A stretch of 64,000 nt of DNA from Dimorphilus gyrociliatus (lineage: Eukaryota; Animalia; Annelida): the NCBI GenBank assembly GCA_904063045.1, contig CAJFCJ010000006.1, forward strand, positions 2,992,408 through 3,056,407, read 5' to 3'. The notes under the pieces are model-generated. The model was not told the DNA's origin. It searched no databases and saw nothing but the letters and a program-made list of their open reading frames with translations. Shown here in pieces: positions 27,630-39,907 of the stretch. The stretch's first letter is position 1; every line of letters starts with the position of its first letter. The translations under genes were made by a program, and so were the position numbers.

Positions 27630-29067
27630 TTGCAATTATTCTTATTTTGTCTCTTTGTGAAGCAAAGATTTTGGGTTTGATTATATTGATTTTTTTTATT
27701 GATTAGGTTATAAAGAATGAGAATAACCTGTTTATTTTTTTCATTTTGTCTCTACTATTTCTGCATATCATATGTGCTTTGTCTCAATTAGAACATATAC
27801 AGTATAAAAGATACCGTATATATATATACATGAATTAAAAATGACTAGTCAAATCTGCACGTATAGAGCATACACTTGGCTGATTTAATTAGCTAATTAT
27901 AAATCATTACAATTTTTTTAACATACAAACAGCTGTTTAGCACGGTAAGATAAATATGAAGGAAGAGCTTAACAGTTGTTTTTTATTGGTTAATTACTGG
28001 AATGTTGCCGGTTTTTTTCCTTCAAGTAAGCGATTCCATTTTTCAAATGTTTTGTTAATGCTTTAAAAATATGCAAAGCTCATAAAAAAATAAAACCTTT
28101 TCAACACAATCTCAATCTCTATTAATCTTTCTAGGAAATTGACTTAGAGTTACTCTCTTTCTCAACAAATCGTAATCTCAGATATCAAATGCTATAGGTT
28201 ATCATTATTTAAAAATATCGTTTATTTTATTTGAATGCATTCGGAATGTGTATGTGCATATAGGAATTGGAAACAACGTGTATTTATCATTTTTCTGATT
28301 TTATACGAATATTTCTAAATCCAAAAGAGGGCGTTTCCAATGCCTAAACCCTTATATCCAGGGCACTATAATGAGGTAAAAGAAGAAGATATTTACGAGA
28401 TAGTAAGATATTGCAATGGCTAAGAAGATGTACGAATTGGAAGCCTAGATTGATTCTATCAAACAATAATAGTCTCTAAGAATATTTTCCTACTTAATCT
28501 CCCAATCCCTGCCCTATATGTCTTTAAATCATTTATTATTGATAGATAGATTTTTAGTACATTTAAATTATTATGTAACGACAACTGTATACTGTATATA
28601 CAGTATATAAATATATATATGTATATTAGTATATATGTAAATTAAAGCAATAGTCCATAATCCAGCTCATGCATCATTTTTATATTTAATGTATATAGAA
28701 TCAGTTGAAATTTTCGCAGGTTGAATTACAATGAAAAAGATCAGGATATAGTTTTAATCTTTGAAAGGATAATCTGATATATGAAACAAATAATGCAAGT
28801 TCATCAGATTTTGTCGAAAGCTGAATGAACAAGATTAAACACAATATTGTAGTTTTGCTTCGTTACCAAAACTGATAAAACTGTATCTAATTTTAAAGAT
28901 AAAGTATATATTTTCTTGGCTAATGCTCTAAAATAGAGGAAGACCATCGATTTATTATTGACATTGCTATAAAAATTATAACGCGTAACTGTTTCTGTTA
29001 TTAGTTTTTGTTTGGGTAAAAGTAAACAATTAATTACACGGAGGAAGTAAGGTATAAAGTATAATTA

Positions 29068-30459
29068 TTACAGAGAATTATCATAATTATCGTTGTAGTT
29101 TTCATTATAATTTCCATCAATGCTGGAATCATCACCTTCAGCATCTGACTTGTCATTATTTTCTTGTTGTTTTCTCTCTGATAAAACGATTTTCCAAGTT
29201 TCATGACCCATATTGGCTGGAACGTAAAATTCTTGTGATTTGATTCTTTCAAGCCATTCTAGTACATTTGGCCACTTTCGAAAGTCGAATGATATTAATT
29301 CAAGCAAGGTGATGGTGGAGCAAACAAATAAATCAGCTAAAGTCAGAGTATCTCCGGCTAAATATTCGCTCTTTGTTAAAGCTTCTTCTATGATATCTAT
29401 CTCCTCGGACAGACAACTTTCTTTTATCTTGTCTGCCTCGAGATTCTTTGCTAACTGAGGATACTGAAAGGGAAACGGAACATATTAACAGCAACCGTAT
29501 CTTAATTAGAGTCATAAAATCTTTATAAGATAATCCTCTGGTAAGATAGGGCTTTAGAGAGTTATCATTAAGATTCTGAATATACAACGAAAAGTTCATC
29601 CAATTACTACTTATTGAATAATCCATCTGCTGATGACTTATTAATATTCATAACAATGACAAATTTACATATTCTCATAAGAAAAGTATCAAAAAGTAAA
29701 AAATAGGAACCTACCAAATAATCCGTAACGTCTGGATGTAGCGAATGGCTGTCGAAAGCTAGAAATTGCCTCATTAACGCCCTGATCCGTTTCGATTTTG
29801 GAAAGAGGCCGCAATCGAATTTTTCGTATTTTCCCACTAAATATTCAGCAATGGCCCGACTTTCCCATAGATTATAATCGCCATCGGTTAGGGTCGGTAC
29901 AGTGTGATGAGGATTAATCTGGGTAAGATTATACAATCATTTTATCTATATATAAAAATAGCGGTGTATAGATATATAATTGTGTTACTATTAACTATCT
30001 AATAACGCTACAATAGCTAACGACTACGTGCCCCTTTAACTACTTATTAGATCCTCTTCTAAATTATTAAGAAAAGATGTAGGAAAAATAACGCTATCTA
30101 TAAAAATGATACAGTCTTTGTTTCCCTCCAAACGATTTCCTATAATCTTTTTGTTTTTTTCTAATATCGACTTGTTAGAACAATGTATCTTTTTAGTTTT
30201 TTAAAATTATCGATCTTTGAATGGAACATACCTTTCGAAAAAAAGTAGTTAGGTGTTCGTCGTTAAAGATATCTATATGTTTGACGTTGACTAGAATATC
30301 CGTGATTTGAATAGTCATAAGTACAGCTCGACAAGGCGCGCTGGAAGGCCACACGTAGAGCATCGGAACGCCATGTCGATTTGGTTGGTCGTATTTCACA
30401 TGTCGACGTCTCTTTCGACGCACAACGCGTTCCGATTTCTTACTACCGCCGTTTCCCAT
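29068..30459 (-). CDS. Glutathione S-transferase, theta/delta-like, with N-terminal extension
   Basis: Exons 30459-30232, 29918-29715, 29463-29068. Motifs SAPCRAV (catalytic Ser), INPHHTVPTLTDGDYNLWESRAIAEYLV, YLAGDTLTLADL, WPNVLEWLER. Confidence 0.9.
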
Positions 30460-30636
30460 ATCTCTGTTTTCCTCTGTTTATACTATATTTTACTGTTATG
30501 GTATTGATTTCTGCACGACTCATTTGTTAGCCTGCCCCCCGTCTCATTCTCTATGTCTCTCTTTCACTCCTTATTATTCTTTTTTCTGGCTTATTCAATC
30601 AATTCAACGTTCAGAAGCGACTTATCTTATATAGAC

Positions 30637-30650
30637 GCGCCATCTGTTGG
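30637..30650 (-). promoter_or_regulatory. CTCF-like site CCAACAGATGGCGC upstream of GST
   Basis: Match to the CTCF core, about 180 bp upstream of the GST ATG. Confidence 0.5.
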
Positions 30651-31989
30651 GAAGTTCTGTGTTCTTTTTTACATAAAGTCTTGTACTAAAAAAGAACATT
30701 TTAAAAAAGTATTAATTAGCAGGTAAAAAGCGGTATATTAATCGAAATTTAATTAAAGTACGTACATCTAATTTAAAAGGCAACATTAAAGATCGCAGAG
30801 ATCAACAACTCTAGAGAGTCAAGTCGTTTGATTGAAATAGAAAAGAAAATGTAATTAAATTGAAGGTCATAAAAAATAAAAATGACCTTGACCGAAGGGG
30901 TTCTTAAAAGAATGTAAAAAACGTAACTAATATTCATCAAAGATATTTTATTACTGACTTTATTAGCAATACCTTCTTTATATAGTAATTTAAAATATGA
31001 CGGCCTCTGAAAGATTTCCTAATATGATATAGTCCGAAGCAGATAGAACTAGCCGAAAAAGTAGGAATAGACTGGGTAACATGAATTTTTTGCAATTTAT
31101 TTTTAAAAAAATTCCTCTATACTATATAAGAAAAAAAAATTCATAAATATCATTAGATGTCTAACATCTTGTCTTAAATCTCTTAATTTCATTGGAGACA
31201 GTTAATACAAGTACCGTCGTTATTATCGCGTGCAAAAATCTTATCCTTCCTTCGTCAAAAATCCTTTTACGTGTGAAATATTTATTTTACAGAATGGAAA
31301 AAAAATAAGTGAAGTATGAGAAGTAATACAATTTCTTTTAACTTTTCTTCTTCATATATATATATATATATATTTAAACGTCTACATATTCAGCCAAATT
31401 AGATCGATTGGCAGAATTTTCGGTGGTAAAGCGCAAATACTCGAGCGAATTTGGCAGTTGGAGACCCGCAATTGCTTTAGGCGATTGGCTTAGCTCTTAT
31501 TACACGTTCCGCTTTATAAAACGACGGAGAAGTTGAAAGGAAACGGATTAAACGGGTAACCAGAGGCGCATCTAGTGTCATAAATTTTTTTTGAGAGTAT
31601 AAAGAACATGGAATATCCCCGTATCGTTAACAAAACTTCGTAGCCTTGACACGTTCATTGACCTTTTCAACGAGAATTTCGAAATAAAAAGTTTTTCTTT
31701 TACATTTTCTTCAGGTTGAAATCATCTTAACTAGAAAACTTTAGTAGATAACTTTTAATGAATTATCTTTAGGCGAGTTAGAAAAGCTAATAATAAAGAA
31801 CACATCGTACATTTTGCAGTATACATATATATGCCATTTACCCCATATTTATAGTATATATTCTATTTCGTAGAACAATCTATCAATTGATCGAACGATG
31901 ATTCCGTCAGTTCCCCAATAAGTTCTCAGTTCCGGCCGTCTTATGAAAAAAAACTGATATTAATCTAAACCAAGAAGGACACGCCATTT

Positions 31990-32003
31990 ACGCCATCTGG
32001 TGA
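31990..32003 (-). promoter_or_regulatory. CTCF-like site TCACCAGATGGCGT upstream of nAChR alpha
   Basis: Match to the CTCF core; a second site (32376-32390) abuts an E-box. Confidence 0.5.
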
Positions 32004-32450
32004 AAAAATCCTGCTAAAAAATGAAGCAGATCGACGATGATAAATGTGAACCGACATTGGAATATGATCCGTCCCGCCGGACGCAATTCGTATTCATCTT
32101 ATCAATTTCCTTCGGTTTACTAAAGTCACTAAAATAATTTCCCATCCGAAATCCTAAACATTCATATTTATCACTTAGATATCACTTTTACATGAAATAA
32201 TTCATGTAATACAATGTTATTTCAGTATGAGCATTAAACATCTTTTAGACTTTATATCTCGGTTTTAGCTTTTATATCTTCTTTTCTACTTCTTAAAACA
32301 ATTTAAAAGAATTTTTTTTAAATAATTGCATATGTAAGTATATATATATAAAGATTTAAAAGCTTTACAATGAACGTCGCCCTCTGTCAATCACGTGACT
32401 TTTGGGGAGGGTGACGCTGCGGCAGTTTATGTAGTTCCACAGGCGGAGCA

Positions 32451-32954
32451 ATGCTGACTATTCTAACCTGCTGCCTTATTGGAGGTAAGATGTTAATTAG
32501 GTTAAAGTATTACTTAGCTTTTTTTGTATCCATTGAAAAAAGTGGCAGGAAATATGGCAAGAGGTCTTTGGGCGAATTAAGGTGACATTACGAGGCTTAT
32601 GTCAACTTTTTCTGTTGTTACCAAACGTTTCTTTTCTTTTAGTATTTCTCTCAAAAATAGAAGATGCTTTTTTTCCATTAATTAATATGGATATACACTC
32701 TTTGAAATTTATATTATAAGAGGAAGCATTTGTATTAAGACTTTTTATATTAATAACTGTATATATACATTATATACAAATAGAAAATTTACTTATGCAA
32801 TATAATGTATGGATAGAAACAGCATCTATACAGTATATAGTATTTTATATATGATACATAGGAATTTTAGCAAGACAATATAATTTTATATTGATTATTA
32901 TCAACTGTTCATTATCGTTCTTCTTTTCTATTTACTTAGGTTTTGTACTGTATA

Positions 32955-32993
<39 letters not shown>

Positions 32994-35900
32994 CCTTTAT
33001 GAGTTGCCTACCGTACAGGCTGACCCTTCAAGAATTTTCTAGAGAATATATAAAGAGTCATCAGTACTTCTTGGTTTTTTTATCGTTCTTTTGAGAATAA
33101 TTTCTTATTAACACCTTTTAAACATAGAGGAAATTAGATCTATGTGAATGATTTTATCAGTTAGGGTAACTTAAAACTTTTCATCGTTTTTATCTTATTT
33201 CCTCATCATGCAAATAAAATAAAACCTATTTAATTAGAAAACAGAGTCCTCTCTGAATAATTTCAGTGTTATGTGATTTTTTTATATACAAAATTATTGT
33301 CTTTTTTCATAGTAATATTTTACGTATACTGTTAAGAAAAGAAATACAGAACGAATTACAGGAAATAAAGAAGGAATAGAGAAAGAGAGAGGGGAGGGGA
33401 GCGAGAGAGAGGAGAAATAAAAAGACGTAGAAGGAGGGAACGCGCAACTTAATTAACCATTTTCGTTGTATTCGTTCTTGAGTTTATAAGTTTATTTTTA
33501 TCATCTCTTTTCATTCAGTCGTCCTCTCAAATCCGGATGCAAGGAAGTTGTACGAGGATCTATTTATCTCTAGCGGTTATAACAAACTCATACGACCTGT
33601 TGGAAATAACTCTGCTAAATTAACTGTTAAACTCGGTTTAAAATTATCACAGTTAATAGATATTGTAAGTAAAATTCTTTTTGTTTTATAAGATTTAAGA
33701 AAAGGGCTGGCGTGCTTAGTAATACAGTCCTTACACCTTTCATTGATCACGTGGCCGATTATTTTTACTATAAAGGTCTTTAATTTTTTCTTAATTAAGT
33801 ATATCCGATTGGTAGATTGTTATCAACTTATCAACTGTAACTTTTTATACTTAGTCGCCTTATAAAACAAACGTCAAAAGTGGGAAAATTTCTACTTGAT
33901 GTAATAAAAGTATAATCAAGTCTAATAATTCAAAAGTAGACAATAAATTAGTCTTTAAGATTCTACACAAGACTTTATCTAATTCTTATTCCGCTTACTT
34001 TCATATGAAATCTCGTATGCAAATCACTCAAATTTCAAATGGCCGAAAATTTAACTGTAAATAAGGGATATTAATATAAGAATACGCTCATACTATATAT
34101 TGGACTTGAGTCTTCTTTTAAAGTGGTAAGAGGAGTTGACAACTGAATGTAGCGTCATTCTCTTACATAGCGAAATTTTTCTGTCCGTTCATTCACGCAT
34201 GACATTCATATTGTATGATTGTCACACTAAAAAGTAAAATTATACAGCGTCTATATTTTTGGTAAGAGGAGGGGAAAGGGGAGGAGGCGAGGAGAGACGC
34301 AATCCCATAAAAGGTTGTCGGAAAAAGCTGGTCTAAAATTATCGCAGCTTATCAGCGTCTTTAAAACACTTTAGCACTAATCTAAGGAGACGGACATAGG
34401 GTGAGTCAAAAGATGGTCTTTATGTAAAAAAAAAAAAGAAGAAAGTTATACATTAGGTGCCTCGGAGAATTACCAATAGTTAATATACGTATATTTCCTT
34501 TTCCCGTTATTCTTCTCATTTTCACCTCTAAGGATACTTGTAATAATTATATCTAATAGAAATAAGGTGAATTATCTCATCAAGTCAACATAGTCAAATC
34601 AACGGAATATAATGTTTCATTCTTTTGTGAACTGTCTAGATTTTTGATCTTCGCCCTTTTTCTCTAACGTCTCATCTGGTGACAATTAGATGATGACAGC
34701 GATTTTATATCAAATATCTACCTTTTCAGGATGAAAAAAATCAGATTATGACTACTAATGTCTGGCTCAAACAGGTATCAAGTTATTTCTCTCTTCTTAC
34801 TCCTCATCCGTTCACAATGTACTTAACATGTAAATTCCTTATCCCATTCTGCTTAAAACCTCCTGTTTCATTTAAAAGGTTCTGGAAATACTTTTTTTTA
34901 TAATTGAATGTATTAATTATAAATCATCATCCAAGAGTTTCCTAATTAATATTATTACTTATTATTGGAAAGCATTCTTAATATTCTATAACTTTAAGGG
35001 TAAAAAATTACTCATACACACATACTATCAATTTATTTAATACATTGATCATTACTTATATTTTCTTTTTCTTTTTATTTGACGTCTTTGTGTTTATTTA
35101 TTTATTTTTTTCTACAAATGAATTAATCACGTGACCTTTCCTTCCTATTTTCCATTTTACTTTTTCTTCCCCTTTTCGTATCTCTAACAACTAGGTCAAT
35201 GGGAGGTAATCAAGGAGCAGTCTGTTAATTTCCTTTAAAGGCAAGAATAAATGATAGTCAATGAGAGAAAAAAAAGACCAAGTATAACACAATTTTGCGA
35301 AAATATACTATTTAAGTGCTCTAAGTGTATTATCTTAAAATGAAAACTAATATAGAAGCTTATTTAATGAGTTTGAAGTGGCACACTCTAAATTAAAAAT
35401 CAAATAGGCGGTACTAGATTATTTTAAGCTCTGAATAATTTAAAAACTATCAAAAACCTTAAGAGAATGATAAATTAAGCTTTATAGTAAACGTGATTTG
35501 GTATACATTTCCACGCAAATTAATTAGGTTAATTTTACATGATAATGAATAAAATCCATAGGAGACATATTTATGATAAAAAAGGAAATAGGATGGGACT
35601 AGGTATCTATTTAATAATGTGGTAGGGGAGTTAGGACGACATCCCAAACTAGTTCATGGGTTAAATTGTGTATAAAACGACGAAAATTACGTAAATAATT
35701 CAGGAATGGCAAGACTACAAGCTTAAATGGAAGCCAGCTGAATATGGAGGTGTCGAAACTCTCTACGTTCCGTCTGAGGAGATTTGGTTACCAGATATAG
35801 TTCTTTACAACAAGTATATATCTAATATATATATATATATACAGTATATATATATATATTCTTTTATAATTATAACAACACGGATTGTATTGAAGTGATT

Positions 35901-38759
35901 AAAGCTTATCACGTGACTTTTAAAGATGAAAGTGAGTGAATTACATAAAGCGTATTTTTTCTTGTATTATATATTACGAAAGTAAGAAATCACCGAAGGC
36001 ATTAAGGAAAAAAGGGAGAGAAATGAAATATTTTCATTCCTTTCTTATCTTTATGATCCCACTAAAATCCAAGGAATTTTTCATTCCATCGGATTCTGGA
36101 TTTTCGGATTTTCATCAAATCCATTGCGTCAAGTTTCCGATGAGAAATCATTTCTGAAGTTTTGGATTATTGGCTTAATGTCTTATATAACTACAAATTA
36201 TTTTGGCCCTTACAACGAAAGCTTAATACGGGAGATGAATACGATAAATAAAAAATTACGCTCTCAAGTATTTCTCTTATAGAAAATAGCATCACTCAAA
36301 TGATGGAATAACGCCTTCATCATATTTATCGTGCATTTAAAACAAACTATTCTGACTTGCATTTTCACCCTAACATCTTTGACTAAACGTCATACTAAGA
36401 AATATTACATTCCTATAATGTCGGATTAAATTGTATCATTCATTAAAAAGCTACTTAGTCGTTTTATTTAACGATTCCGAATAATTCTATTTTGATTTAA
36501 AAGAAACGAAGGAAAGAAAGTTCTCCAGATAAAAATCGATGGAAAAAAAAAACGCTTTAACGCCGAAAAAATTTCTCTGTTATAAACAATCGGCCTTCTG
36601 TCGTTTTTCTCACTTTATCTTTGTTTTTTTTGGAATGATTTTGCTTACAACAGATTGCCTTCGATTATTCCAAAAAAAAAAAAAAATTCCCGTCTGTATA
36701 AAGTCACGTGACGCTCTCCAAATACCTCAATGCAATATAAAGAAATTTTCTAAAGGGATTATTATCTAATCATTTTTCTTAGTAAACTTAGATGAATATT
36801 ATCCACAGTGCCGATGGTAATTATGAAGTGACCTTAATGACAAAAGCCGCTCTACATTGGACTGGTTTAGTTAGATGGGAACCACCAGCTATTTACAAAT
36901 CATCTTGTCTGATTAACGTCGAATTCTTTCCTTTCGACGAACAACTGTGTTCGTTAAAATTCGGTAATAATAATAAAAAAAGAAATAGTATAGTAGTCAT
37001 TAGTTTTCCTTTTGTAGGATAGACACATTTTAATATAATCGCAGTTTTATTAACTTAAAAAATTCAATATATTCAGCTGAAGGAATAAATATATAATACT
37101 GTTCAAACTGCAAAATTTTTAATATTGAATTATTAATTACATTCAAACATTTGTTGATATTTTCAATAAAATAAATATTGTTCTTATCTCTCTTTTTTTT
37201 ATTATTATGAATGAAAAAACCTTTTTAATGTCTTTTAAAAAACAAAACATTAACACAGGTAGTTGGACATACGATGGTCTTCAAGTGGATTTAACTCACG
37301 CTGAGCAAAAGGATGAAGATCCCGCTAAACAATTGGAGCCTATAGAGGATGGAATAGATCTAAAAGACTTTTATAGATCTGTTGAATGGGATATTTTAAC
37401 AGTTCCAGCTCGAAAAACTGAAAAACGATATCCTTGCTGTACGGAGCCATATCCGGATATCACTTTTCAAATAACTATGCGAAGGAAGACACTTTTTCAC
37501 ACCGTAAATCTTATTATTCCCTGTGTGGCTATCTCCTTCCTAACAGTACTCGTCTTCTATTTACCCTCGGATAGTGGAGAAAAGATAGCTCTATGTATTT
37601 CAATTCTCCTCTCCTTAACCGTCTTCTTTCTTTTACTTGCTGAAATCATCCCACCTACTTCGTTGGTTGTGCCGCTTATAGGTAAGACAAACATGTTTTG
37701 TTTACAATTAAAACCTTGTATAAAAATTGTATCTATCTAATTATAAATGATAGACTAGATGGTTAAAAAAAGGGTTCCGCGACTCGTAGGCTATGTTACG
37801 TCATTATCATATTCATAGCTTTCATTTGCTTAATTATACAATGCTTAATTTCGCGCGCCAATACTCGTATTGATGAACTGAATGCGCTTTTCAAATGAAA
37901 CAATTCTTTTAGGTTCTTAAGTATATTTATATAAAGAACGAAACAATGTATTCAACTTAATGTCACTGTAAGGATCCATTATTATTGGCTATTTAAAAAA
38001 TAAGTTGCATGATTTTATTCTAATTACTTTTTATTTCTATCTACTAGTGCGCCATCTACCGGTTTACAATAAAAATATTGTCGTACAAGAACCCTTTAAC
38101 TAATTGAGTTTTTGTAGCGAAATGATTGAAAGCTTTTCATTTATCGCAACAGGAAAATATCTACTTTTTACTATGATACTAGTTACTCTCTCAATTATAG
38201 TAACTGTTATAGTCCTTAACGTCCACTTTCGGTCACCATCAACTCATACAATGAGTCCATGGGTTAGAAAGGTCTTCCTTAATATACTACCTCGTCTTTT
38301 AGCGATGAAAAGGCCTAAAATGGACAAGGAATTATCAAATCATTTATTGATTCGATCTTGTAATGGTTTCGAAACCTTTGAATTATTCGAACCATTTGAG
38401 AAGACTTTAGAATATTCAAATAGATACTCGCCAGAAGTACGTAAGGCAATAGATGGCGTTCGATATATTGCAGAGCATTTGAAAAGAGAAGATGACGAAT
38501 CGAGTGTAAGAAAAACATCCAACAACATCCTATCTTATCTAATCAATATTCAATTTGCCATTAATAGATAAGAGAAGATTGGAAATATGTAGCTTTAGTA
38601 CTTGATCGTCTCTTTCTATGGATTTTTACAACAGCCTGTATAGTTGGTACTTTTGGTATAATTCTACAAGCTCCGGCTCTATACGATAACTCCAAACCCC
38701 TTAAAGCTGCTGGCATTGAAGGCAAATATAACTCTTACGACGAAATTATATCTACATAA
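32451..38759 (+). CDS. Nicotinic acetylcholine receptor alpha subunit (protostome alpha1-4/8-like, cation-selective)
   Basis: Exons 32451-32484, 33519-33664, 34730-34774, 35704-35813, 36809-36963, 37259-37681, 38153-38505, 38568-38759. Motifs [11 protein letters not shown], Cys-loop [23 protein letters not shown], loop [10 protein letters not shown]2 [15 protein letters not shown]4 [15 protein letters not shown]. Confidence 0.95.
32955..32992. repeat. (TA)n microsatellite in nAChR intron 1
   Basis: Pure TA run, read directly from the sequence. Confidence 0.9.
38049..38062 (-). promoter_or_regulatory. CTCF-like site CCGGTAGATGGCGC in nAChR intron 6
   Basis: Match to the CTCF core in AT-rich intron. 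Confidence 0.5.
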
Positions 38760-39220
38760 AATGTCGTTAAGGGATGGAGGACGAAGCGCACAAATACCAA
38801 GAAAGAAACAGTAACTTTCTATACTTTGTTGCGTTCAATATCAAACTTTTTTGCATCAAAATTTAATAAATATTTATTAAAAAAATGGCATTAAACTTAG
38901 ATAAAATATATCAAAATAGTAAAATCGAATATACTGTATGTATTGTACAGTATATAGTCATATATTATAGAACATTCGATTATACGGCTTATAAATAGTC
39001 TTAGCATTACCAAAGTTATTAGGTATAAGAATTCTTTACTCCAAAAAACTGTTTCTTATTACTGCCAATTACAGAGGAAATATTATCCCTGAACAGAAGA
39101 TTTCGAAATATTTTTCTTCTGCAATGTATTTTTAAACTGTTAGTATTTTTTCTATTTTGCTAAAGATAATCGTTATCTATTTTTCCACATCCCTCCTTCT
39201 TCACATCTCCTCGCCACTTA

Positions 39221-39222
39221 TT

Positions 39223-39254
<32 letters not shown>

Positions 39255-39275
39255 CGCTCACTCGCTCATTCGCTC
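39221..39275. repeat. (CT)n microsatellite plus ctcgctca repeats between the two nAChR genes
   Basis: Read directly from the sequence. Confidence 0.85.
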
Positions 39276-39907
39276 GATCACCTTCTATTTCTATTTCTCA
39301 TCTCCAATCTACGTATTGCAACTTTATACTATTTAAAGTAAATTTTTTATTCAAATCATGTAAAATTGCTAATTACGGATTCGAAAGATGCTCTTCTACG
39401 TCATTTAAGAAATAGGGCCAGAAAACTAGGAAACAGAGAGAAATAAAGAATAGGGAAGAGAATTAGTTTTTTTTTTCTAAGATGGAATTTTGTTTAAACT
39501 AAAAGAACCTCTCCTGCAGAGTAGGAAGAGAGCAAAAAGAAAGATCTGAACTAATAAGCTCTAAGACGTCTTTCTAGTTAGGGTAAACAATTTTTTCCCA
39601 AGATTAATTACAAGGTGTCTCTATTAATTATTGGCTTAAGGGATATTGAGTGACAGAGGATTAGTGATTTCCTTATTCTGGCTTATTCGTTATATCATTA
39701 AAATAAATAAACATGTACAATATCGATATCAATATTTTTTTATAACTAGATACACTGTAGCAATACCTTCCAGATGGCTCTACTCCATTGTTTGTCCCTC
39801 AACGACAGGGTTAGAGGGAAGAAATAGCTTCGAAATTTTTGGCAAACGGGCCCCCCGCCAGACGTCGCATCTATCGTCCGGGCAAAAGCAAACTGATTAG
39901 AGGCGAG

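Noticed and set aside
36064-36122. Nested hairpin (AAAATCCA/TGGATTTT, GGAAT/ATTCC) and GGATT cluster in nAChR intron 4
   Set aside because: The stems are only 5-8 bp in AT-rich DNA and not complementary to an exon, so there is no support for an editing ECS or a pre-miRNA.
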